Source: Macrostomum hystrix
Taxonomy: Eukaryota > Animalia > Platyhelminthes
DNA length: 64,000 nucleotides
Direction of reading: 5' to 3'
Assembly: GCA_950097015.1 (NCBI GenBank)
Contig: CATNEN010000013.1
Location: 496,001-560,000, forward strand
Below are positions 23,716-35,712 of the stretch, in pieces. Numbering within the stretch: position 1 is the stretch's first letter; the number at the start of each line of letters is the position of its first letter. The translations under genes and the position numbers were made by a program. Under the pieces are notes generated by a model. That model saw nothing but the letters and a program-made list of their open reading frames with translations. It searched no databases and was not told where the DNA came from.

Positions 23716-24630
23716 GTATTCTATCTAACAGGTGGTATCCTGTCTAACAGGTGGTATCCTGTCTAACAGGTGGTATCCTGTCTAACTGGTGGTATCCTGT
23801 CTAACAGGTGGTATCCTGTCTAACAGGTGGTATCCTGTCTAACTGGTGGTATCCTGTCTAACAGGTGGTATCCTGTCTAACAGGTGGTATCCTGTCTAAC
23901 TGGTGGTATCCTGTCTAACAGGTGGTATCCTGTCTAACAGGTGGTATCCTGTCTAACTGGTGGTATCCTGTCTAAAAGGTGGTATCCTGTCTAACAGGTG
24001 GTATCCTGTCTAACAGGTGGTATCCTGTCTAACAGGTGGTATCCTGTCTAACTGGTGGTATCCTGTCTAACAGGTGGTATCCTGTCTAACAGGTGGCATT
24101 TTGTCTAACAGGTGGTATCCTGTCTAACAGGTGGTATCCTGTCTAACAGGTGGTATCCTGTCTAACAGGTGGTATCCTGTCTAACAGGTGGTATCCTGTC
24201 TAACAGGTGGCATTTTGCCTAACAGGTGGTTTACTGTCTAACAGGTGGTATCCTGTCTAACAGGTGGTATCCTGTCTAACAGGTGGTATTTTGTCTAACA
24301 GGTGGTATTTTGTCTAACAGGTGGTATCCTGTCTAACTGGTGGTATCTTGTCTAACTGGTGGTATCCTGTCTAACTGGTGGTATCTTGTCTAACTGGTGG
24401 TATCCTGTCTAACTGGTGGTTTACTGTCTAACAGGTGGTATTTTGCCTAACAGGTGGTTTACTGTCTAACAGGTGGTATTCTGTCTAACAGGTGGTATCC
24501 TGTCTAACAGGTGGTTTATTGTCTAACAGGTGTTGTTCTGTCTAACAGGTGATGTATCCTGTCTAACAGGTGTTGTTCTGTCTAACAGGTGGTATCCTGT
24601 CTAACAGGTGATGTATTTGGCTGCTACTCA
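23716..24630 (+). repeat. 19-bp satellite (TATCCTGTCTAACAGGTGG)n, about 47 units
   Basis: It begins about 90 bp after the DC-STAMP stop codon and degenerates toward its 3' end. Confidence 0.97.
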
Positions 24631-25409
24631 TACAGGTGGTGTCCTTATCTCACATTAGTTAGAATTAGAATGTCAAACAAAGCTCGCATATGTTAACTGA
24701 CAAACCTCTTAGTTCATTATTGACTAAACAATCTAAATGGCGCATAGATCAAAGCATATTTTTCTGTTTGCTGCTAATAAAAGTGCAGTCTGGTACTTAG
24801 AAGTGGTTTGAACCACCTAGGTAATGCACTTTAAATCCTAATTTCTAACAAAACATATACTCGACATTTTTGCAGGCCTCTGTTATAAGCCTTATAAACA
24901 GTAAATTTAGGCAGAAAAGGAATTATTATAATTAATTTTTTTTCCATTTCTTCAACTTAAGGTACTGGGAGCTAATTAGTAAGACAATTGAACAGTGGAT
25001 TCAACAGTGGATATTTTTGATTGGCCATTTCAATTCATGGTTAGAAAAACAGGAAACCAAGGATGGTCGGTGGTTCGTAACAAATAACAGATTTGTTTTG
25101 TGAAGGGAGCCTATAGTTAAGTTAAGCATTTAATTTTTTGTTTGTGTGGCAGAATTAATGCGGATAAAATATTGAAAGTAAAAACACATTGGAACAAAGC
25201 TCTTGTGCAGTCTTTGTTCAGTAAATCACGAAATGGCCTAGGTCAGCGCCTTACAGTTTAAATCTGAAAGCTTGGAAAATTTCATAGATATTTTTTGCAT
25301 AGAAGGCCGATTTTCGATAAAAAAAAAACAAGGCTAAAACAAAACAAAACAGAACTTGTACAACAGAGACTGGCGTCTGTCTTTAAGAACAATGGGTCTT
25401 CATCTAGTG

Positions 25410-26262
25410 CAGGGGTCGGCAAACTTATTAGCGTGCGGGCCACGGACAGAACCTAAAAGACGACAGCGGGCCGCATTAACTGTAGGAATATGAGACATGG
25501 GAGAAATGAGACACGGGATAAATGAGACAAGGGAGGGATAAGACAGGGGAGAGATGAGACAGGCGAGAGATGAGACAGGGGAGAGATGAGACAGGGGAAA
25601 GATGAGACAGGGGAGAGATGAGACAGGCGAGAGATGAGACAGGGGAGAGATGAGACAGGGGAGAGATGAGACAGGGGAGAGTTGAGTCAGGGAAGAGATG
25701 AGACAGGGGAGAGATGAGACAGGGGAGAGATGAGACAGGGGAAAAATGAGACAGGGGAGAGATGAGACACGGGAGAGTTGAGTCAGGGAAGAGATGAGAC
25801 AGGGGAGAGATGAGACAGGGGAGAGTTGAGTCAGGGAAGAGATGAGACAGGGGAGAGATGAGACAGGGGAGAGATGAGACAGGGGAAAGATGAGACAGGA
25901 GAGATATGAGACAGGGGAGAGATGAGACAGGGGAGAGTTGAGTCAGGGAAGAGATGAGACAGGGGAGAGATGAGACAAGGGAGAGATGAGACAGGGGTGA
26001 GATGAGTCAGAGAATAGATAAGACAGGGGAGAGATGAGACAGGGGAGAGACGAGACAGGGAAGAGATGAGACACAGAAGAGATGAGACTCAGGAGAGATG
26101 AGACTCAGGAGAGATGAGACACAGGAGAGATAAAAGACACAGGAAAGATAAGACAGGGGAGAGATCAGATAGGATACTATAGGTGTTGGAAGGGGCAAGG
26201 GGCCGGATTTGGGAGCTTCGAGGGCCGCATCTGGCCCGCGGGCCGGAGTTTGCCGACCCCTG
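25410..26262. mobile_element. hAT/Charlie-type non-autonomous element (MITE) with expanded internal 16-bp repeat
   Basis: TIRs CAGGGGTCGGCAAAC...GTTTGCCGACCCCTG with a perfect 8-bp TSD ATCTAGTG (25402-25409 and 26263-26270). The interior is (GAGACAGGGGAGAGAT)n. Confidence 0.92.
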
Positions 26263-26761
26263 ATCTAGTGCTAACAGGCACGCTCGGAGATAGGCTGTAA
26301 TAGAGGCACTACAGAACAATACAGAGACGTTAGTAACACCCTGGAAATGTAAAAACAGTTCTGTGAGTGCTGTTTGCTGTGATTCAAAAATAGCATAAGC
26401 GTTTCTTTACATTCCAAGAAGATTAACTGATTCAGCAACCTATGCGATGCGAAATATGCGCGAATGTGTACGAGATTCTGAGCTTGTGCTCAACATGTGA
26501 CCAGGGCTTTTGATCGTCAAAAAGTATTTTCTGGCTTATATGAAGTCAGAAGAATCATAAGATTGCGTTTCGAGTGCTTTTTAGACCTGGTCACATTAAA
26601 TCGTCACCCATTGGCTGGAATTCTGGGCCCCACCCCACTCCATCAAGCCAATCCCACTCCGCCAGTCATTCCCCTATCTAATCTCTGATTGGCTGTCGCA
26701 AAAAGATACAAAGTCCAGCGAGAAAAAATATTAAAATACACGAGGCATCGACTGCACTGGC

Positions 26762-29700
26762 TCATTGCCGCTGCTCAGAATGGGCCGAGAGCACCTGCTC
26801 AACCACCGACCAGAGGCAGTTCTCGGCCGGGAACTGGTTGTCAACCAACGTCACCAGCAGGTAGCTGTCAGCAATTCCCTGAATCAACCGACGGCTGGTG
26901 GAACCCTCCGGGTACAGGTTCGCCCACTCCTGTGTCCACAGACCGAAGGCTTCGTCCTTCCAGGCCATGAAGGCGCTGTTGTCGCACACGGTTGGCTGAA
27001 TGATTTCAGAGGCCGGGAAGACGCCCCAGGTGAGGGCGATCGGCTGCTGCTGGCTGAAATTAAGCCGATTCACTGTGCCCTCCCGGTTGACAATCTGGTA
27101 GTTGACGCGGGGCGTGAAGCGCTCCAGGACTTGCTGGAATGGTGCGAAGTTCATTTGTCATCCTTGTGGCTTCTTGACCAAACTCAGCACACATCTCCCA
27201 ACTCCACATCGCCGCGGTAAAATAGCCCTCAACTCCGACCCACCTCCAGCGCGGCCAGGAAATGTCCGGGCAGGAAGAACTCCAGGTAGGCCTTCTGGTA
27301 GACGTAGCCGCCGGGCTCGCCCCAGCCGTAGGTCGGGTCCTCGCTAGGCAGGCCGTTAACATTGGGCTGTGAGTTGATGGTGAGCACACCGCGACTATTG
27401 AGCAGCAGCAGCTGGTCGCGAATGTCGCAGCTCTCTCGCTGCAGCTCATCGTCGCTCCAGGGCAGGCGGGTGACGCGAACGCCGTTCTGGTTGGGCTCGC
27501 CGGAGACGAAGTTGACAAACACGCGCCAGACGTCGGCCTCGCTAGCTAGCTCCTCGCCCCACATGCTCAGCCTGTCCTTCTTGCTGGCGCGGACTGCGCG
27601 AACGGCGTGGTCGAGGGAGCTGCTTAGAAACTAAGTCTTAGAATGGAATATTTTAATGTTTCACGATTAAATTGAATAGTACTCACCTGTGAGATAAAAG
27701 AGGTAATAATCTTTCAGATCGCCGAATGCCGGCGCGTCCGGGCGGCCCCAGCGACCGTTGGGAAATTCTTCCCAGTGTAGAGTCCGGTGCACATAGCTAG
27801 TTGGCCGATTGGACCAGAATACGGGCCGGACTAGTTCGCCGCAGCGTTCGTGATTTGCCGAGTGTTTCCATGGCAACGGCCGGGGCAGGTCCTCGTGCCA
27901 GAGGCCGATGTTACGCAAGATCTCGATGGTGGCTACCTCCCGATTCAGTGTGTAGAAGTGAATGCCTGAGAAATGTGACACGGAGAAGAAAGTTATTTGC
28001 ATCTACATTTTCGAGCGCTATCGGCTATCGGCTATTGGTAATTTTAATTGCTCCATATTGTCTAAGCCACACAAATGAATGCGGCCTCGCCTTCACTCAC
28101 CGTGCACTTCGCCGCTCTCCAACAGCCGCCGGCAGAGCTGCGTGCACTGGAAGATGCCGTAGTTTCTAATGGCCTCGTCGTTCTCCTTGATCGGCTCGAT
28201 GGTGCGAATGATCTCATCCGGGACGGCCAGCTTGGACAGTTTTACAATGTGCCGCAGAGATTGGTAGGCCTGAATTGGAAGCACTCCTGGAATGATGGGA
28301 CACCGAATGCCCAGCTGCCTGCAGTCCGATTGGAACTTCAAGAAGGTCTCGGCCTCGAAGAAAAGCTGAGTTATGATGAAGTCTGCGCCGGCGTCCACCT
28401 ATGGGTAGAAGGGGGGCAGATTGCGAGGTGAGAGGGAGACAGGAAAGGTTTGAAAGGATGGATAAGGGATGCAGAGAGTTGAAGGACGAGGAGGGATGAA
28501 GGATGCTGTGAGATAAATGGGAAGTAGGGATGAGGGATGTTAAGAGATGGAGGTGCAAGGAAGGGTGAGGGATGCTGGGAGATGGAGGGCAAGGAAGGGT
28601 GAGGGATGCTGTGAGATTGAGGGCCAGGAAGGGTGAGGGATGCTGGGAGATGGAGGGGAAGGAAGGATTAGGGATGCTGGGAGATGGAGGGGAAGGAAGT
28701 GTGAGGGATGCTGGGACATGGAGGGGAAGGAAGGATGAGGGATGCTGGGAGATGGAGGGGAAGGGTGAGGGATGCTGGGAGATGGAGGGGAAGGGTGAGG
28801 GATGCTGGGAGATGGAGGGGAAGGAAGGGTGAGGGATGCTGGGACATGGAGGGGAAGGAAGGATGAGGGATGCTGGGAGATGGAGGGGAAGGAAGGGTGA
28901 GGGATGCTGGGACATGGAGGGGAAGGAAGGATGAGGGATGCTGGGAGATGGAGGGGAAGGAAGGGTGAGGGATGCTGGGACATGGAGGGGAAGGAAGGAT
29001 GAGGGACGCTGGGACATGGAGGGGAAGGAAGGATGAGGGATGCTGGGAGATGGAGGGGAAGGGTGAGGGATGCTGGGAGATGGAGGCGAAGGAAGGGTGA
29101 GGGATGCTGGGAGATGGAGGGGAAGGAAGGACATGAAATCAATAAGTGGAATTAGGTGTTAAACTAGCAGCTGGACCTAAATGATCAAATGACAACAATC
29201 CCAGAAAGCATAAACACGAGCTAGCAATAATTGACTAAAGGAGAGGTGTGCAGTCCCTAGTTTTGCTTTGGGGCTTTCTCCGGGAATTTCTGGCCAACAT
29301 GCTGCGTTATCTAATCTAAATGAGCGCTTCTAAAAAAAGAACTCATGTTAGTATGTGCTCCGAATTAGATAAGAAAATCCGGTGAACGGCGGCGGGGAAA
29401 CCCCCAACACTTTCGCTACAGGTATTTCACCCGCACTGTCTAAGATAGTCGGTGGAATTTTCCTAGTTTGCCTATCAGAGGTCCAAGGCAATGTGTTCAA
29501 TCTCTACTAAGGCTTGATTTAATTGAACGAAATGGACTCTCAACTTGTTATCTCTGTGAACATTTTCGCTACTTACTATATTATTATTACTTTTTGTGAA
29601 TACAAACACTTTGCTGCTTAAAATTCAATTTCGCCTTTACATCTTCTTTCACTCTCTTCTCCTCGCCCTCAAAAGGACTCAAACCCCCGTAGATTACTCT

Positions 29701-30540
29701 CTCCCCACTCGCTTCACTCTCTCTATAAATCTCTTTAGCTGTATCTCTTTCTCTTTAATCTATCTCAGAGAAGTCACATGCAGTGCAAAAGCATGAACTT
29801 CACAGCGGCAAAGTCACCTTCTCCTTGAGCCTGAGCAGGTCCTCAGCGTAGCTGGTCGCCTCCGGGTGTCCGGTCGGATAGCCGGCCACGCAGATGTTGA
29901 AGAAGCTGCCGTAGCGCTTCCGAATTAGCCGCACCAAGTCGACTGCGTAACGAAAGTCGCCAAGCAGTTCGGAGCCATCGCCAACGTTGCTGCCGTCGCC
30001 GCCACCGTTGCTGCCGGGCTCCTCCTGAGTTTCTGGCAGGTCGCCACGCAGGGCTAAAATATTTTTCAGGCCGAGGCTCTTTGCTCTCTCCAGAGCCGCC
30101 GTCATCCGCTCCTCGGGCAGGCCGACGCAGGTGACGTGCAGCATTGTGTCGATGCCGCTGTAGTTGAGCATGGCCGAGGCCACCATAATTGACGACGTTG
30201 GCGCGTCGCTCATCGGATTGCCAGCCGGATGCCAAGTGACGTCGCAGAATAGGGGCCGGCCCTTGGCGAATCGGTCGAACTTCGATATGAGATTGACAGC
30301 GCCGCTGGCTGTGCGCGGCGGAAAGAATTCGCACGAGAACCAGCGCTTGCCCTTCTCGATGCGCCGATTGATTCGGCTGATGAGCGGCCGGTACTGGGCG
30401 ATTGGCAGCACCGGTGATTGGGGCCTGCTGTCATGGTTGTCAATGGTCTCCGTGGCGGTGCTGGAGCTGTCGCCGCTGGAGACGCGGGACAGCTTCAGGG
30501 GGGCATCGGTGGCGTGGCCGTTCTCTTGTAGCGGCTCCAT
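26762..30540 (-). CDS. MTHFR: Methylenetetrahydrofolate reductase, 673 aa, 5 exons
   Basis: Exons 30540-29818, 28398-28101, 27965-27687, 27593-27244 and 27133-26762 join in phase (2022 nt). Motifs: [74 protein letters not shown]. Confidence 0.97.
28550..29135 (+). repeat. Purine-rich 30/34-bp intronic minisatellite in MTHFR intron 1
   Basis: Units GAGGGATGCTGGGAGATGGAGGGGAAG(GAAG)GGT. Confidence 0.93.
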
Positions 30541-30760
30541 AAGGAAGAGTAGGACGCTGGATTACTAAGGACTTGTGTGCTCCACTAGCGAATAGGGCAG
30601 GGGGTCTGGAGGGGGTGTATGCGTCGTACAGAGTTGGGGTGGGTTGCGGTTGAATGAAGGTTGATAGAAAGTGGGTTTGAGAAAGCCCTCCCTTTGCGAG
30701 ACAAGAGGCGTGGAAAGCAAGCTGAGCTAGACGAGAATCACTCGGGCTAAGGCGGTCTAG

Positions 30761-30794
30761 TTTTATAGGCGCGGAGAGGGACTGGGTGGGGCGG
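30761..30794 (-). promoter_or_regulatory. Candidate MTHFR core promoter (TATA box and GC box)
   Basis: TATAAAA on - at 30761-30767 and GGGGCGG at 30788-30794, about 220 bp upstream of the ATG in a GC-rich patch. Motif match only. Confidence 0.35.
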
Positions 30795-33700
30795 TTTCGG
30801 AATTCCCCGACCTTGAGTGAATCTCTGTCCCGCCCGGCCGGTATTGGCCCCGGACCATGAACTGTTCGGGCTGTACAGCCTAGCCCGGGAGTCGCCCCTC
30901 TGGTCACGCATGGGACGAGTGACGGAAACTACAGCGCTTTGGGTTTTCTGCCCGACCATGCCCCTCTACCCAGGTTCAAAATAAGTGCGTAGCATTCGTT
31001 TTACACACCCCTCAAGGCCACTACCGGTGAGGCGAGTTTAACGCAGTGTACATACTGTGCGGTACTGGGACAAAGTGTGCTTTTAGGCCGACTTTCCCGC
31101 ATGGAAAGCTATCAAAAAGCGTTCAGAGGGAACCGAAAAATTTCTTTCAAGCTCTAAAGATAGGCGCGGAAACAAAAAACCGGTGTCTGAATTTACTAAA
31201 TTTACCATTTCATTCGGTATTATAGTATTTACTGAATTATATAAGCTTTCACAAAAAAAATTTAATCGAAAAGTTAATGCACCCCAAATAATTCCTAACT
31301 TCGTTGCATGTTACTGAGGATTCCTTTTTACAAGTTTAGTCGCAGCAGCTCTTTAATTATAAACATTTATTAACTTTTAAATACAACCCAATTTGTGCTC
31401 AGGCTTACGAGTACGTATTAGCTTGTTTTGTCTCTCGAATTTGTTTATGCCGCTTAGAGAGACGTGTAAACAAGTTTGAGCTAAGCTAAAGTAAAGATAG
31501 TTAAAAGAAGAAGGCAAATATGAAAGTGAAGTCACGATGTAAAAATATTATTAAGATAATTAGACATTAGTAAAAACATCTCCGTTAATGGAGAACATTA
31601 TAAGGGATCAGTAAAATTTATTTTAATAGACAAGGCAAACGAAAAAACTAATGTAACTTTTAAATTCTCTCGCAAATATAGAAATATAGAACTAGCTTTA
31701 AAATTGAATAATTGATTATGAAATTAAATAGGCAATGTTGGCAGAAAAAAACAGGCAAAATACAAGCGATAATTAAAAAAGAGTTCCAGATTTGTTTAGG
31801 CACACACACATACATACTACTCAATCTTAACTGGCCTAGATAAGTAGTTAAGAGACTTTTCATCAGTCATCACTTTATCTAGAAAATTTATGTTAACAAA
31901 ATATATATTCCAATGGAAGAAAGAAAGCGTATCTACCCTTTTAAAAGGATTACTAAATAACATTAAGCTTGGAAAAAAAACACAAAATAATATTATTAAA
32001 AACAAAGAGAAAACGGTGCAGCTTTTAGAGTTTGCAGCAGACAGAAATCGTAGGAAAAAAATTGAGCAAAAATGCTTAGCGCGAAAACAATTATTCTTTA
32101 TTTATTATTTTGTTAAGCAGATTGCAGGAAAAAGAATTATGAAGTGGTCTGCCAACAAAAACTGTGCAACCAGAAAAAATTAAGTAGACAATGCTTACCA
32201 AGAATAGGTTAGTCAAATTTATAGAATTCTAGAATTCTACAATATAATTGGTTAATTTAAATCCTGTGTCCGACAAAAAAGCACGCAACAGAAAAAAACA
32301 GTATGACAAGGCGAGGAGTCGAGTGGCCAGTGTTTAAATTAAAATGTTATTTTTTCATTCAGGGTAGACAGCGTGAGTAACTATGCTAGGATTTTAAGTT
32401 CATAATGCATCGTCATCTAATTAGCTAACTTTAAAATACTACTTTCTAAGAAATGTTGAACTCACTGGAAAACTCGCACCTGCCATTCCGTTAGAGCAGC
32501 AACCAAGGAACAGCCATAGCTAACTGGAAAGCGATAACTATTGCCGCGATATTGGCTTTAGTCGATCAAATTGTGATATTTACAAAAACGCCATTGGATA
32601 AGTGGAAAGCAGACGGACAGAACTGGGCCAGAACAACAACAAACTAAATGATGAACAAAAGCTATAACAATTGAAACAGGAAAATTTATGACTGTAGCCA
32701 GACAGGCAAACAATAAAGTTTACAATTTAAATAAATCCTACCAACTGTTGCACTAACTCATCGGGCAACACACGAACACGTGCACACAAACTACTCAATT
32801 GGGTAAGTAGTATAGAAGAAAATATCAACAACATTTGCCAAGTTAGATAAATCTAGTAAAAATATCAATAAATCACTCGTTTCGCCTGTGAGCGCGTGTA
32901 GGTGCAAAAATTAATTAATTATCTAAGGAAAATTTGAAAGGCGCATTATTTAAACAATTACAAAATACGACGGAAAAAGATTACAAACAAAATGCGCCCG
33001 AACGAGACACACCAAAAAAAGAATAATTTACTACAGAATAGTCTTTTATTGACAAGACAATCAGAAGAACGATTCTAGACTATAGTGAATGAAAAGAATA
33101 GAAAATTTGGCCAGTGCAACTGTGAACCAGAGCGCATCTAATATATAAATAGACTATTGCTAAAGTACAGAAGATACGCGTTTAGTGAAGCACACCAGTA
33201 TATAATATAATACATAATAAGTATACCTGCCTAAGCATAGATAGTACTTAGATAAATTTATAACGCTATGGGCTTTAGATTGGACCTTAATTGATCAACA
33301 GCAATTTTCTGCTGATCATAAAGTGTAACAGAATTTAGATCAAAGATGGGAATGAATCAAAAGTAGCGAAACACAAACAATTATTATCAGACTATCTGTA
33401 ACAATATTTTAATATAACTGGAAAAACTAGTACTACTACTGAGAGCATAGCTAAGTAGTAACAAACGATTCTTAAAATGATAAATTCGTGTCCAAACTAT
33501 ATGTAGACAGCTGGCGTCTTACGAAGAGGTTAGAAGTAGTACTAAAAAGCTTATTGATTTTTTGGTGCACTTTTAGACTGCGCTCAGTTTGACACTTTGA
33601 TTTGACTTGAAATAGCTTCATCGTGTCGGTGACGTTGCAGCTTCAGTTGGTATGACAACAGACAACTTGGCCTTTTCGATAGGACAAAGATCCGTGTTTG

Positions 33701-35712
33701 ACAAACAAATCTGAGACAAGAGAGGCAAAGAAAAAAGTGGCAAAACAGAAGCCTAAGCATGAAAGCGGCGATGCTGTTTATTTTGTTAAACAATCGACAA
33801 AGGTTACGCCAGTGAATACGCGCACAAGGCTAACATGAGTGAGTAATTTTTTGCTTCAAAATATTTTGTGCACGCAACGAAAATAGTTGAATTCAATTTA
33901 ACTCAAAATAAAACAAAGCACAGACAATCAGTATATGGTATTGTTATCCAGTACTATACCAATTAAGTCTACTTTGATCTCCCCGATAATAATTATAAGA
34001 GATTGTCTGAGCTTTTGAAAGCAGAAATCGGACATACAATCCCAAATTGGTGCTTTCCTGTACTTCGAAAACACATAAAAAGGCGTAAGTAATAGTAATT
34101 AATGTGGATTATTTCTATAAGCTGAGAACAGTTGTAGCAATGGGACCGGGATCAAACCGAAACAAATTATTTAGGGGGAAAACGACAGATTATAAACGAC
34201 AAATATAATTAGACACAAAATAGAACGAAAACAGTCCTAAAATTGTAGTGCATAACTCCGTAATCAACAATAAACAATTATATAATAATGAAATAATTGA
34301 AATATCAATTAGCGATGATAGATTGCTTATTTAGCTCACAGCGATTGAACAAAATCAACAAAACTAAATATATATGCATGGATAATAGTAACACACGCAT
34401 ATATATATAAAATAATAATAGTGAGAACACGTACCTGCTCCCGCTTAGCAACGCAAAGACACCAAAAAAAGAGAAAACAACTAGGCAAAATGTGTCTGAA
34501 TTTTCGCTGAACCTACGATTAAATTAGTGAGTCGCGGAGCCAATGGGTGAATGGAAATCTGTAAAAATAAGAAAACCTAGCTGGTACAAATGAGCGCGCC
34601 ATCACAGAGTTCAAACAAACAAACTGAAAATATTTATAGATTTTTGTAGCTTTTCATTTTCAAAGATGACCAAATTAAAATTAGTAACAACGCAAACCGC
34701 CGCTTTTAAAAAGCGGCTAGTGACATTTGAAAAATAATTGTTAACATGTATGTATAGAAATGTATGGCACAGAACACGAATGGCGAAAACAATTTCTCTA
34801 GGATCACGTCGACCTTGGCTAAAGAAACAGAAATAGTTTCTTCTTAAATTTGGCCCAAATAATGCTGGCCGACAACAGAAAAAAACTACAGAAATAATAT
34901 AATAAGATAAAGCATACGCTTACAAATATAAATAGCAGATTTTCACCTGTGGTGTAATGAAATATTTGTTACACCTAAGGAAAACTGACACACGCGCGGA
35001 GACTATGAGGAGCAGGAGAAATTGGTGTGGTGAAAAACCAGCGAATTACAGCTGAAGGAATCAAATTTAAACCAGCGCGAGTCTGCTGTGAAATCAAAGA
35101 CTTTTGATTTCTGTGTTCGCAAAATAAATTGCAATAGGGGATGAGAGCGCTGACAAAATATGCATAGTATGCTCTAGTATAATGCTGCTGTGTATGCTAA
35201 TTTAATGATAAATAATAAAAATAGCAGTTCAGGAACGTTTAAAACTGGTTAAATAATTCTACAATTGACTTCAAATTGTTTACTAAAAATCCACTAGTGT
35301 TCCAGTAAAATTTGCTGCACCTATGAACAAACGATTTGATAAACATTTTGCTTGACGACCTGTGAATATCAAATCAGTGTAAAACAACGAACGAACTAAT
35401 GATCATTATCCGACTTTTCTCCTTAACTGATCCATCTGCCAATCTACAGAGACGAGGCGAGGCACTAAAAGAAGTAGTGCAACCCGCAAAGTGCATCTAT
35501 GGCGCCTTGAATACGTAACTTTGGTTAAAAACAAAAACCGACAACGCCGCATAGAACAGTAGTTGAATGAGAGAAAAAACTAGACAGGCCAGAGTACCGA
35601 AAAACAGAGACGGAGAAAGAAAACTCGTTAATAAATTTAACTGCTCAAGCAGGCGAGGAGGCAGCAAGTATAGATTTTAATTTCTTCTGTAGTAGGATTC
35701 GATTTTGGCAAA

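Noticed and set aside
27594-27640. Nearer AG acceptors for MTHFR exon 4 (27631, 27623)
   Set aside because: They give the wrong phase or a stop. Only the acceptor at 27594 restores frame and the expected spacing to MWGEEL.
28380-28398. Thermolabile A222V-equivalent change in MTHFR
   Set aside because: The sequence reads AGADFIITQ with Ala retained.
28214-29142. 306-aa and 200-aa Pro/Ser/His-rich ORFs
   Set aside because: They are translations of the MTHFR intron 1 minisatellite.
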